Shown piece by piece: positions 1-11,239 of a stretch of DNA of 64,000 nucleotides (position 1 is its first letter; the number at the start of each line of letters is the position of its first letter). The stretch covers positions 13,764,001-13,828,000 of the forward strand of contig NC_043000.1 of the NCBI RefSeq assembly GCF_006345805.1, read 5' to 3'. The notes beneath the pieces were generated by a model, which saw only the letters and a program-made list of their open reading frames with translations, searched no databases and was not told where the DNA came from. The stretch is from Octopus sinensis. Lineage: Eukaryota. Made by a program: the position numbers and the translations under genes.

Positions 1-64
1 TATATACATATATACATATATATATATATACATATATATCATATATATATATGCATATTTATAC

Positions 65-96
<32 letters not shown>

Positions 97-127
97 TATA
101 TATATACATATATATATACATATATAC

Positions 128-158
<31 letters not shown>

Positions 159-243
159 TATATATACATATATATACATATATATACATATATATATATA
201 TATATACATATATATGTCATCATCATCTCATCATCATCATCAT
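1..243. repeat. (TA/TACA)n microsatellite followed by (CAT)n tail
   Basis: Direct reading; the ORFs at 51-269 and 59-253 are YIYI/poly-D artefacts. Confidence 0.95.
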
Positions 244-545
244 CGTTTAACATCCGCTTTCCAAACTAGCATGGGTTGGACCTTTTGACTGAGGACTGGT
301 GAACCAGATGGCTGCACCAGGCTCCAATCTGATCTGGCAGAATTTCTACAGCTGGATGCCAACCACTCCGAGATTGTAGTGGATGCTTTTACCTGCCACC
401 AGCACGAGGCCCAGTCAGGCAGTACTGGCAACAGCCATGTTCAAATGGTGTTTTTTACATGCCACCTTGCACAGGAGCCAATCCAGCAGCACTGGCAACG
501 ACCTCGCTTGAATGTTTTTTCATGTGCCAGTAAGGCGACGCTGGT
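244..545 (-). mobile_element. 5'-truncated RTE LINE 3' UTR copy
   Basis: Matches 39061-39210 (tttaacgtccgctttccatgctagcatgggttggac...ctacagctggatgcc); (CAT)n tail abuts a TA tract. Confidence 0.85.
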
Positions 546-1179
546 AACGGTCACGCTTATATATAATATATAGGATGGCACAAAAGTCATGCACCAGCAA
601 AATAATGAAAGTTATGTAAATAGAATAAAAGATTATCATATTTTTATATAAATGTTTTTTCTTTTTATAGGATGGTGCACATCTTTTACACCACCCTGCA
701 TATTTGCCTGCACACGCGCACGTGCACATGTGTGTGTGTGTGTGTATGTGAGATCATCACTTCAAAAACATAAACTCTTTTGATAGACAGCTTTATTGCT
801 TAACTTATAATTTAATTAAGTTTTATATTCCTTCCGCTGTTGACACACCACTCCCAATGTTTCTTTCAGTTTTGAAATGCAGCTTCAGGGACAGTAAACA
901 GAGCTTGTAGAGAATTTCCTGTAACCTCTTTGTTTTTTGAGTTACTTTTTTTTTTTTTGCTGGAACCAGTGACCTTTCAGAGGGTATTTCAACTCTGTCT
1001 TTCATCTTATACTTGTTTCAGCTGTTAGACTGCAGCTATTATGGAGCATTGCCTTAAAGGGATTTTAGTTGAATAAATCCACCCTAGTACTTATTTTTAA
1101 ATCTAGTACTTATTCTTTCAGTCTCTTTCACTGAACTGCTAAGCAGTGTATGTGTACAATAAACACTAAGATGCACACA

Positions 1180-1350
1180 CATTGATATATATATACAACA
1201 GGCTTCCACACAGTTTCCATCTACCAAACTCACTCACATGGTATTGGTCAGCCCAGGGTTATTGTAGAAGACACTTACCCAATATGCTGTGCAGTAGAAC
1301 TGAACCTGAGGGCATGTGGTTTCAAAGCAAGCTTCTCAACTACAGTCATG
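1180..1350 (-). mobile_element. CORE-like tRNA SINE fragment
   Basis: Reverse-complement similarity to the head of 42625-43036. Confidence 0.75.
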
Positions 1351-2114
1351 CCAGAACCTACACCATATAACCATGGCTGCACCTTTGGGAACAGGAAACA
1401 AATGTCTACAAGGGTCAATTCAAAAGAATAGGACTGTTGAGAATGAGAGTTCCTTCATGTCTTGCAAAAATTCAGATATAGATTAATGCATAAATAAGTA
1501 TACCATTATGGTGCAATACCCAGGTATTGTTTGACTCAGCCTTCTGCTTGTGCATTGCTTCTTTTGATTGGTTCAGAACTTTGGATCACATGTAACAAAC
1601 TCATTATGACAATCAAAAATGACAATTATCAACACGTTCATATTTGAGAAACTCTGATGTGCATCTTTGGTTGTTTCTATGCTGATCTCATCCACTGGAA
1701 AGGCTGCCTTTTTGTTTCAACAATGTAACTGTACAGCTATTTTTTCTCATGCATTATGTCACTTTACAGAAAGTTTACATCAGTATTCAAATGAGCGAAT
1801 AACTTTTAACAGTAACCTAGTTCTCATATTATTCATTTATAAGAAACTGTGACATAAATTTCGCACTAACATAACGTACTTTTAATTTTGCTTTTAAAAT
1901 CGGGTAGCACATATTGCTTCTTCAGAAACTTCAAGGACAGTGAGGCAATAATTTTCACAGACCACAGCTTGCACTTTCACAATGAGATCGACATGTGTAG
2001 GGCAGAATGCCATCTAGATTTAGGATGAATTTTGGTGGATGTTCTCCCCAATTTGAAGCACTTGCACTAATTGTGACATTGTGTGTGGATGAAAGAATCT
2101 TCCCTATATTTCTC

Positions 2115-2335
2115 ACATTTTATTTCACTTGTTCTAGTCATTAGACAATGAACATGCAGGGACAGCACCATGGAGGGTTTCAATGAACAAACTGACTCCA
2201 GTACTTATTTTGTTTAAAGTCTGGTACTTATCCGATTGATCTCTTTTGCCAGACTGCTATGTTACAGATGATGGGGATGTAAAAAGACCAACAGTTTCAA
2301 GCAGTGGTGGAGACAAACACAAAGACACACACATA
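2115..2335 (-). mobile_element. CORE-like SINE, 3' half, degenerate
   Basis: Reverse-complement similarity to 42850-43010. Confidence 0.7.
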
Positions 2336-2399
2336 CATACAATTGTTCGTTTGTTTTCCACCTGCCTTCGTCTTTTGTTTATTTTCATAAAGCTTCCCG

Positions 2400-2464
<65 letters not shown>

Positions 2465-2486
2465 CATACATACATATATATATATA

Positions 2487-2747
2487 TAATACTAAGCAAT
2501 TAAGGGTTTAGCAACGAATTGCCTTACCGCACACAGAATTTAGAAATAGCAGTCAAAGAGATTATAGCTATTTCTTCTACTAAAAGGGAGATCACAGTAA
2601 AGACACAGCATTTGCCTTTCAAATGCTGTGTCTTTACTGTGATCTCCCTTTTAGTAGAAGAAATAGCTATAATCTCTTTGACTGCTATTTCTAAATTCGG
2701 TGTGCGGTAAGGCAATTCGTTGCTAAAGCCTTAATTGCTTAGTATTA
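2487..2747. repeat. Near-perfect palindrome (128-bp arms, 5-nt loop)
   Basis: Arms 2487-2614 and 2620-2747 with 2 mismatches; loop ccttt. Confidence 0.95.
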
Positions 2748-2749
2748 CT

Positions 2750-2958
2750 TAAATTTTCCTCGAATGAGGCTTTTACATGCCGAAGACTACTTGGTGTAAT
2801 TGATAATTATTCCCAATTAATTAATTTCACCCTTCATTGTTACTCATAGCTATATATATACATACCAATACGTACTAATACATACTAATACATACTAATA
2901 CATACACCAACCCCATACATACGCACGTCCAGACCAATCCTACGCACTAATACTCTCT

Positions 2959-2995
<37 letters not shown>

Positions 2996-3364
2996 ATACA
3001 TACTAATACATACACCAACCCTATACATACACACATCCAGACCCCTCCCACGCACTTTTAGCTGGTCCCTCAACCCTTTTATCAACCCTATTATCTCCCC
3101 TTATTTCGCTCTCGCGTCTCATGTTTGATCTTTGACCTCTGGCCGAAATCAGATCGCCATGTTGATTCGTTAGCTACTGCACGCATTTTTTTTCTCTCCT
3201 TCTTTCTGTGTTTTTCTCTCTCTGTGTATCTTTCTGTTGAAGAGCGTAGGCTCGAAACGTTAAAGACTTGTTTTATTTATATTTCCTGAGCGCCATACTA
3301 ATACAATTGTTCGTTTGTTTTCCACCTGCCTTCGTCTTTTGTTTATTTTCATAAAGCTTCCCAT

Positions 3365-3365
<1 letters not shown>
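2750..3365 (+). mobile_element. PLE-like 3' terminus with hammerhead motif
   Basis: Terminal ~60 bp (3300-3365) is duplicated at 2338-2400 and related to 7805-7870; hammerhead fold at 3229-3266; ends in (TA)n. Confidence 0.65.
3229..3266 (+). ncRNA. Minimal type I hammerhead-like motif (A6U core variant)
   Basis: TCTTT-CTGTTGA-A-GAGC-GTAG-GCTC-GAAA-CGT-T-AAAGA: stems I and II pair perfectly; palindromic ACGT stem III. Confidence 0.6.
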
Positions 3366-3396
<31 letters not shown>

Positions 3397-3469
3397 CATA
3401 TACACATATATATGCAGACACATACATATATATATATATACAAATACATATATGCATATAAGCGCAAGA

Positions 3470-3620
3470 GTGTGTGGTAAGTAGCTTGCTTACCAAGCAC
3501 ATGGTTCTAGGTTCAGTCCCACTGTGAGGCACCTTGGGCAAGTGTCTTCTACTATAGCCTTGGGCTGACCAAAGCCTTGTAAGCAGATTTGGTACATGGA
3601 AACTGAAAGAAGCCTGTCGT
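3470..3620 (+). mobile_element. CORE-like tRNA SINE, 5' half
   Basis: gagtgtgtggtaagtagcttgc...ggttcagtccc...ccttgggcaagtgtcttct matches 42625-42785. Confidence 0.85.
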
Positions 3621-3715
3621 GAATGTATGGTGTGTGTGTATATATATGTAATTATATATATATATATATAGACATAAATATATATAGAGAGAGAGACATA
3701 TATACATATATACAT

Positions 3716-3765
<50 letters not shown>

Positions 3766-3846
3766 CATAATATATATAGAGACATCTATACATATACATA
3801 CAATATATATATACATATATATATATATATAGATATATATAGAGAT

Positions 3847-3877
<31 letters not shown>

Positions 3878-4442
3878 GAGAGACATATATACATATACAT
3901 ACATACATATATATATATATAACAATTTAGCTAGGAGTAAAATTCACCTAAGTGATATCAAATATCCGAAGAATTTACTGGTTTATATTACCTATATCAA
4001 TTACAATCAATAGGTAAATGAAAAATATACATACAGTTATTAATATATGAATATAAATAAGAAATTGCAAACAAAACAACAAATTGAACAATTATAAATT
4101 CAATTCAATTTAAATATTTTATACAAACAAATGACACATCTCATAAATTACACCTGTTTCCGCTTCATTAATAAACAATAAAATATTTAAATTAATTGAA
4201 TTTATAATTCTTCAATTTATTGTTTTGCTTTCCATTTCATATGTATGTATGTATGTATGTGTATTTTTTCAATGTTTACAAATAACATGGAAAAAATGAA
4301 TAAATAGTTACCAGGGTAACAAAAATCAACACAAGTACCAAGGATGTAACAGCCCACTTATAAAGCTAGAAATTCCAGGTTTTGTAGAACATAGATAAAT
4401 GAATAAATGGAGTTAAATGCGGGTGATATTTAAATCTTTATA

Positions 4443-4530
4443 CTTCCGATATATATTTCGAAGAAAACACTGGTATTATTCTAGAAGGAATAAAATGATG
4501 TAAAACAATGCAATCTTCTCATCAGGGTAA
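4443..4530 (-). ncRNA. Type I hammerhead-like motif with long stem II loop
   Basis: TTACC-CTGATGA-GAAGA-(~50 nt)-TCTTC-GAAA-TATATAT-C-GGAAG. Confidence 0.6.
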
Positions 4531-5440
4531 AAAAGAGAAACAAAACAAATCAATAAGACATTTTAACCAAATGTGATTATTGCAAATAAGATGAAGGGAA
4601 TGCTGGTATGTTATTTTAAAAAAAACACGTTAATATATATAATGTCAAAGGCAATTTATAAAAAGAGGAGGAGGAAGAAAAAAATCAGCAGAAAATTAAG
4701 TGGAGAAATATAGTGCAATAGGTGGATAGAAATAAAGGTAAAAGGCATGGAAATAGATATATTTAGTGAAATGTAAGAAGACGGTTAAAGGTTAAATTTT
4801 ATAGACTGGTAGAAATCACTTATAGGAACTAAAGGTATGTTTTTGCCAAAGATTGCAACAATAAACGCTTTCTTTAAACATGTTTACAAGAGGATTCTCT
4901 GCAAACAGGATGAAATGCAGTTCCTCATCACAGAGCAAACAAAAAGATTTACCTTTATCATATGGAAATGATTTAGATAGAATATTCCATTCCAAATCAA
5001 ATTGTTTATTATGTTCATTTAGAGACCAAATTAATTTACTAAGCCCAGCATTGTTACGTTTATTGATATGTCTAAATGTAGAGTAATTTTTAGATATTCT
5101 TTTGGGCAACTAAGATGAAGAACTGCCTATATAAAAAGAAAGACACCAGAACCGGAAGTAATTCTACATTGATAAACAGAGTTTCTAGTCTTAGATTTAC
5201 TGCTAAAAGCATATCTTTAGTTCCTATAAGTGATTTGTACCAATCTGTAAAATTTGACCTTTAACTGTATTCTTACATTTCACTTACACTAAATATATCT
5301 ATTTCCATGACTTTAACCTTTAATCCTATTCACCTATTGCACTCTATTTCTCCACTTGTAATTTTCTGCGATGAGAATGTTGGTATAAAATGAGAATGTT
5401 AGTATAAAATGACTTTAAGAAGAATTTTCAGCAGGTAGAA

Positions 5441-5529
5441 AGTCTGATGGCCATTTCAAGAAAATATATGTTGATATAGGTGAGTTAATTCCAACCTCAA
5501 CAATCATCTACATTTCTCTCATCAAAGTT
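5441..5529 (-). ncRNA. Decayed hammerhead-like motif (C3U)
   Basis: AACT-TTGATGA-GAGAAA-...-TTTCTT-GAAA-TGGCCAT-C-AGAC; palindromic stem III, weak stem I. Confidence 0.4.
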
Positions 5530-7113
5530 AATCTAAAAGGATTTAGAAAAGAGCTATTTACATCATAAAGTTATAAGCAACATGAGTAATTTAAGAATTT
5601 TTTAAATTCGAATGTTGTGCCAGAACATACTGTTCAGGCGTATGATATAATAAGAGCTAAATTTACATGTTTAAATAGATTATGAAGCTATAGATAATAG
5701 TGTTTTAAGATGAATCCAAATGCACGAAGGATAAATAAGTTAAAATCATATAAACTAATTATTTTGGGAAAAAATTTTAAAGTTGATAAATATTTATATC
5801 TTCAAAGAATAATGACATCCGAAATCTTATTAAGTAAAATTTGTTTGTCAGCACAGAGTATATTGATCGCTTCTTTTGTGTATAATTTACAATTTCTGGT
5901 GTGTGTATTTTATGGTGTGGTTTCTATTATAATAGACCAATCCATACTGAATTCTTTATTACACAATTTTAATTCACCAATGTGGGTAGCTAGTGTAGTT
6001 GAGTTTTTGGTTTCTTGATTAATATATGAATTTGTGTCCCCCCTATATCTGGTCTTAAAGTCACTCGTACTTCTTATGTATGCCTTCTTTAATTCACTAA
6101 GGATTGAAACCTCAACTTTATATACAACATTTCTCCTTAAACAGAATCCCTTTAAGGGACATACATCCCAATTACGGAAATTACATGTTTTATTTCCATG
6201 CTTTGCCTTTACATTTTTAATATCAGAATTATTATTATTATTCATATCAAGACCAGCTACATTGTCATCACTATTGATACCATTATTTCTAAGTTTTCAT
6301 CTATAATTGGCTGCAATTATAGATCCTAGATTTGGTATAGTTGAGTACAACAATTTAAGGCAGGATCTATTAAAGATGGGATGCTATTCATGGCCTAATG
6401 GGAAATTCCTGTCAATAATCCTAAAAAATAATTTAGGAGGTTACTTACTTGGAGGGAAAAAGGAGGAGTAAACCAGATAATTTCCCATTTCCTCACTGAG
6501 TTGTTCCTACTCTGCCCAATATAGTTATTATTATTATAATTAAATGAATTAGTGTCTTCTATTATGGTGTTGGTTTTGATGCTTGTGGAGTTGTTCGTGG
6601 GTGGGGTATCAACGTTTAATTTCGCAAGATTTGGAAAAAGTTTACCTAATATATTTTTAAATATTGTATTCTTAATATTGTATCTTCCTATCGAATACAC
6701 TGTCCTATTATAAAAGGGTGCAAAGTTATAAAAAATCTTTTCGTTTGCAGATAAGTTAGAGATTCTTATTGACACCTTTTGACCACCCTATTAATAACAC
6801 TTGGGGGTTGATTTGATATGACGCGGATATACTTAATGGTTTATACACACACACACACACACACATACACAAACACACACACACACACACACATGCACAC
6901 TCATACCTCAGTACTACAGACCAAAAGTGGTCTGAAGTACCGAAGTAGGAAATTGATTACCTGTAGATACCAACACTAAGGTTAGGTTATGTTAGGAGTG
7001 GCTTATATCAACAATTACATCACAAAAGACAGAGGAATAAATACAGTACTGTACTTTTAATCAAGCACACTATCCAATCTGACAGTGTAAAATAAATGTA
7101 CACTGTAAATATA

Positions 7114-7450
7114 AGGGGTCTGATCAATAAGTATCTGGACTGTTGCCATAGTAATGAAGCTAAAGCATAGAGTGAAGCCACTTGGCAAAGATTGACCTTG
7201 AACTCTGCTGTGCATGTGCACTAAGTTTTAATGTTCTTGCACACTTCAGCTGTATACAACAATGCTTGGAAGGAAGGTGTGTAGTGTGTGATTGTTGCAT
7301 TGACCATGACAGAGAAAGTTGTCATGGTGATACCTGCTCAGAGTCCTATGCAAAGTTGCAGAAAGTGTGTGGAGAGGAGTGTATGAACCACACACAAGTG
7401 TACGAGTGGTTCAGAGGTTTCCAAGATGGCAGAAAAATGTCGATATTAGT
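7114..7450 (+). mobile_element. Mariner left end plus N-terminal HTH remnant
   Basis: TIR-like (ta)agggtctgatcaataagtatc; ESYAKLQKVCGEECMNHTQVYEWFRGFQDGR. Confidence 0.85.
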
Positions 7451-7507
7451 GAATGTTGATCCAAATAGTGATAGGCCTATATATTACATCCAAAGTTACA
7501 TCTTTTT

Positions 7508-7605
7508 TTTCTCTGATGAAATTATACTCATGTCACATAAATGTAAATTTAAGGTACAAATTTGTAATTAAATTATTGCGTATTAATTGAAACAACTGTA
7601 AGAAG
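7508..7605 (+). ncRNA. Type I hammerhead-like motif, canonical core
   Basis: TTTCT-CTGATGA-AATTATAC-(loop)-GTATTAATT-GAAA-C-AACT-GT-A-AGAAG. Confidence 0.55.
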
Positions 7606-7745
7606 CGAATATGATCAATTTGATAATAACAAACAATTAACTTCCTTATCTCCATGTTCTTTTCTTAAAAGTATATATAAAAGCCATGATAGATCGCTAG
7701 CCACTACACATTCTTTATTTTCTCACCTTGTTTCTTTCTGTGTTC

Positions 7746-7781
7746 TTTTCTGTGGAAGAGCGTATGCTCGAAACATTAAAA
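7746..7781 (+). ncRNA. Minimal hammerhead-like motif (A6U variant, second copy)
   Basis: TTTT-CTGTGGA-A-GAGC-GTAT-GCTC-GAAA-CAT-T-AAAA. Confidence 0.5.
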
Positions 7782-7869
7782 ACTTTTTCACTTCCTGAGC
7801 ATTAAACTAATACATCTGTTTGTTGTCTATACCACCTGTCTTTGTCTTTTTTTTTAATGAATTCTCCCT

Positions 7870-8052
7870 ATACATACATACATACATACATACATACATA
7901 CATACATACATACATGCATACATACATACATACATACATACATACATACATACATACATACATACATACATACATACATACATACATACATACATACATA
8001 CATACATGCATACATACATACATGCATGCATCCATCCGTACATACATACATA
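7870..8052. repeat. (TACA)n microsatellite
   Basis: Direct reading. Confidence 0.95.
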
Positions 8053-8081
8053 TAATAATTAAGTCAGGTAACAATTTAGCA

Positions 8082-8112
<31 letters not shown>

Positions 8113-8854
8113 TTATGTGTGTGTGTGTGTATATATATATGTCATGAGCTTCTTTCAGTTTCTATCAATAAATACATTAACAAGATTTTGGCTGGCTCAG
8201 GGCTAAAGATCTATAGTAGAAGACACTTAACTAAGGTGCCAGACAGTGGGACTGAACCAAGTCCTTGTAGATACAGGAATCTAAATCTAAGTGCATGTGT
8301 AGTCAAAACATACACCACATACGGATAATCTCTCTAGATTAGAACAATGTTTGAGTGTTCAACAAACTCCAAAATAACAATTGGATATGTGAAAATCGAA
8401 AGAAAGAAGGAAAGAAAGAAGTGGGGGAGAGAGTGGGGCTAAGTTAACAGCTTGTGATTGTTGTTCTGTGGATGAAAAGAGACATGAAGCTAGTCACATA
8501 TGTTGATCCAAATTTTGCATACAAGTGTTTGGAAGCAGAGTGTTACTATTTTCATGAGTACAGGAAGCAGGCAGAACTTAAGTAGGTTCAAGTGGGATGT
8601 TTTAGAACTTTCTGGAATCAGATAAACCGGTAACAAAGAAGGAAGGCCATCACTAGTCTAAGGTGTGGATTAATACTAAAGAACATTCATCTATGAATAT
8701 TGTTTATCAGTGCTCAATCTGCAAAGCTTGAGTTGATAGATTGGATGCGTAAAGAAAAAGAAAAAATTTCCAAAAACCAATTCTACATCATCAAAGAGAG
8801 ATCAGTTGCTATCAAGTATTTATCAGGGGAAAATCATGAGGCATTTATACAAAT

Positions 8855-8885
<31 letters not shown>

Positions 8886-9947
8886 CCATCACCATCATCA
8901 TTCTAAATCACCATAACTGCAAGCCAGTGAGGAGACTGCTATATGTTTGCATAACTTGTTAAAGATAGCAGCTAAATCTCTTAAGCCAATGAAGGGGAGC
9001 TACAACCAAGTTATTTAAATTGCTAGAAACAGCAGCCATATCTCTCTTTATAAAAAATGGGAGTCTAAAATAAATTAAAAGGATGGTCATGAGTAGAATG
9101 CCTTTCGACAGAGATACCTTCAATCAAAGCTGGCCTGAGTCTAAACAACAACAGCTAACTCATCATCATCATCATCATCATCATCATCACCATCACCATC
9201 ACCATCACCATCATCACAATCATCATCATTATCATCATCATTGTTATCATAAACTTGCACTTCTACTTCAATACTCCAATCATTATTATCTTTTGATATA
9301 TCTTTTGTCTATATGGGTTAGATAGGTTCTGCAATAGTGCACCCCTCTATAAGCATAAATCAAAAATCATAAATCATAGGATATGAATTTCACATAACCA
9401 ATAATTCTTTTTGAGTCTCTTTTAGTTTTTTTTAAAAAACTTTCTCTAGATCAATTATTAATTGATTCACAATGACAGGCCATTTCAAAATACAGTATTT
9501 AACTGCTTTTAATAATGTGCAGAACCTAGCTGCAATGAAATGCATAGATGATTTTTATCTCCTATTGAGAAAGTTTACTCAATATAGCTGTCATGAATTG
9601 AAACAAGTGCAGAATAGAGTTGCCAAGCGCTTCCAGTGAATATAGTTTATCAGTGCACATTCTACCTCAAAGATCTAATCAATAGATCATGCAAATAATA
9701 ATAATGATGATGATGATGATGATGATGAGAAGGAGGAGGAGGGGATATATTATGAAAAAAATAACAACTGCAATCCAAATAACATCTATGAAATGTTTTA
9801 AATCCCAACTGATGTAAGCAAATAATCAATGTAAACACACAATACTCGGAGACATCTAATGAATAACACTGAGTTTATTATATGAGTAGCTGGCATTGAT
9901 GTTACATTGAAAACAACAGGGAATAAGATATACATTAGATGAAAGCA

Positions 9948-10040
9948 TCAAACTTGATTTGGATCATGTTGAAGTTCTTCTGTAACTGCAAACTGCACAA
10001 CAGAAGCACAATCCTTGCCTGCATTTATGGACTGCAACAA
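9948..10040 (-). CDS. Candidate terminal coding exon of an unidentified host gene (LLQSINAGKDCASVVQFAVTEELQHDPNQV*)
   Basis: Unique sequence; acceptor ttctaccctaacag; open phase-0 frame to TGA; no protein recognised, and the plus strand is also open. Confidence 0.25.
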   Translation of the reverse strand: MLQSINAGKDCASVVQFAVTEELQHDPNQV

Positions 10041-10299
10041 CTGTTAGGGTAGAACCAAATCTCATTCTAAAATCCTGGTTTCTTATTTCAAATGTGCCAT
10101 AAAACTTGACAGTTTTTTTCAAAAATTACATCTTTGAATGCTAATCTTGTAGATGCATGGGTAGGTGTATGTTTATATATTTATAGAGGTTAATATTGTT
10201 AGCAAGTATGGTTTAATATATCTCTCGTTAATATGATATCTAGCATAGTTAATGATATATGTGATATGGATCATGTGATTTCATGGTTAATGTATTTAT

Positions 10300-10452
10300 T
10301 ATAGATAATAGTGTATCTATTACAGTTAATAGATTACCTTTCATAGTTAATACGGTACTTATCATAGTTAATAGTCTACCTATTATAGTTAATAATGCAT
10401 ATATCACAGCTAACAGGGTATCTATCACAGTAAGTGTACTTATCATAATTAA
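10300..10452. repeat. Degenerate ~21-bp minisatellite (ttatcatagttaatagt..)
   Basis: About 7 diverged units; explains the heptad-like ORF at 10249-10446. Confidence 0.7.
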
Positions 10453-10687
10453 CTGTGTACTTGTCTGCTTTCAGGGCCCATGTCTCACTACCATGCAGTA
10501 TCGCAGTCCTAACACGAGTATCACACAATTTGCCCTTCACTCTCAGGGAAAAAATACCTTTATTACCAGCAACAGTTGCAGCTCTCTGAACTTTTCTTAT
10601 TTTTTGGGATGGGATATTGTTTTCTTTTCCTTTTATGCAAACTGTCAAGTATTAATCCAAACATCTTGTATATATATATATATATAT

Positions 10688-10700
10688 GTGATGATGATGG

Positions 10701-10738
<38 letters not shown>

Positions 10739-10949
10739 GTGGTGGTGATGATGATGATGATGATGATGGTGATGATGGTGATGATGATGATGATGATGCT
10801 ATTGTTGACGGTGACGGTAATGATGACGATGGTGATGATGATGATGATGGTAATGGTGATGATGATGACGATGGTGGTGATGATGATGGTGATGATGATG
10901 ATGGTGATGATGATGATGATGGTAATGGTGATGATGATGACGATGGTGG

Positions 10950-10993
<44 letters not shown>

Positions 10994-11130
10994 GTGGTGG
11001 TGGCAGTGGTGGTGGTGGTGGCAGTGGTGGTGGTGGTGGTGGTGATGATGGTGATGATGATGATGGTGATGATGATGATGATGATGAGAATGATGGCATT
11101 TATATACATCATCATCATCATCATCATTAT
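10688..11130. repeat. Compound (GAT/GGT)n trinucleotide array
   Basis: Direct reading; source of the poly-M/D/S/H ORFs. Confidence 0.95.
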
Positions 11131-11239
11131 ATACCATCCATTTTCCATGCTGGCATAGGTCGATCAGCTTGACAGGAGCTGGCATATATAGATATATATA
11201 TCATCAGCACCATTTGTCTCCAAGTTTGGTTCATCCGGT

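Larger units (their letters stand above)
3930..6800 (-). mobile_element. Degenerate PLE region (Naiad-like): RT thumb/linker plus two GIY-YIG C-terminal remnants
   Basis: IIWFTPPFS (6395-6775 ORF); CNFRNWDVCPLKGFCL..VVYKVEV..KAYI..TSDFKTRY (5910-6245); LSKLIWSL..WNILSK..PY..CLLC (4816-5109); stops and frameshifts. Confidence 0.85.
7500..7870 (+). mobile_element. PLE-like 3' terminus carrying two hammerhead motifs
   Basis: 7720-7870 is homologous to 3200-3365; ends at (TACA)n. Confidence 0.6.

Noticed and set aside
1900-2100. Possible hAT transposase motif (KSRWHSALHM) on the minus strand
   Set aside because: Short match between stops with no other hAT motifs or TIRs
2519-2715. Mirror-image ORFs on both strands (also 26666-26922)
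   Set aside because: They are by-products of DNA palindromes
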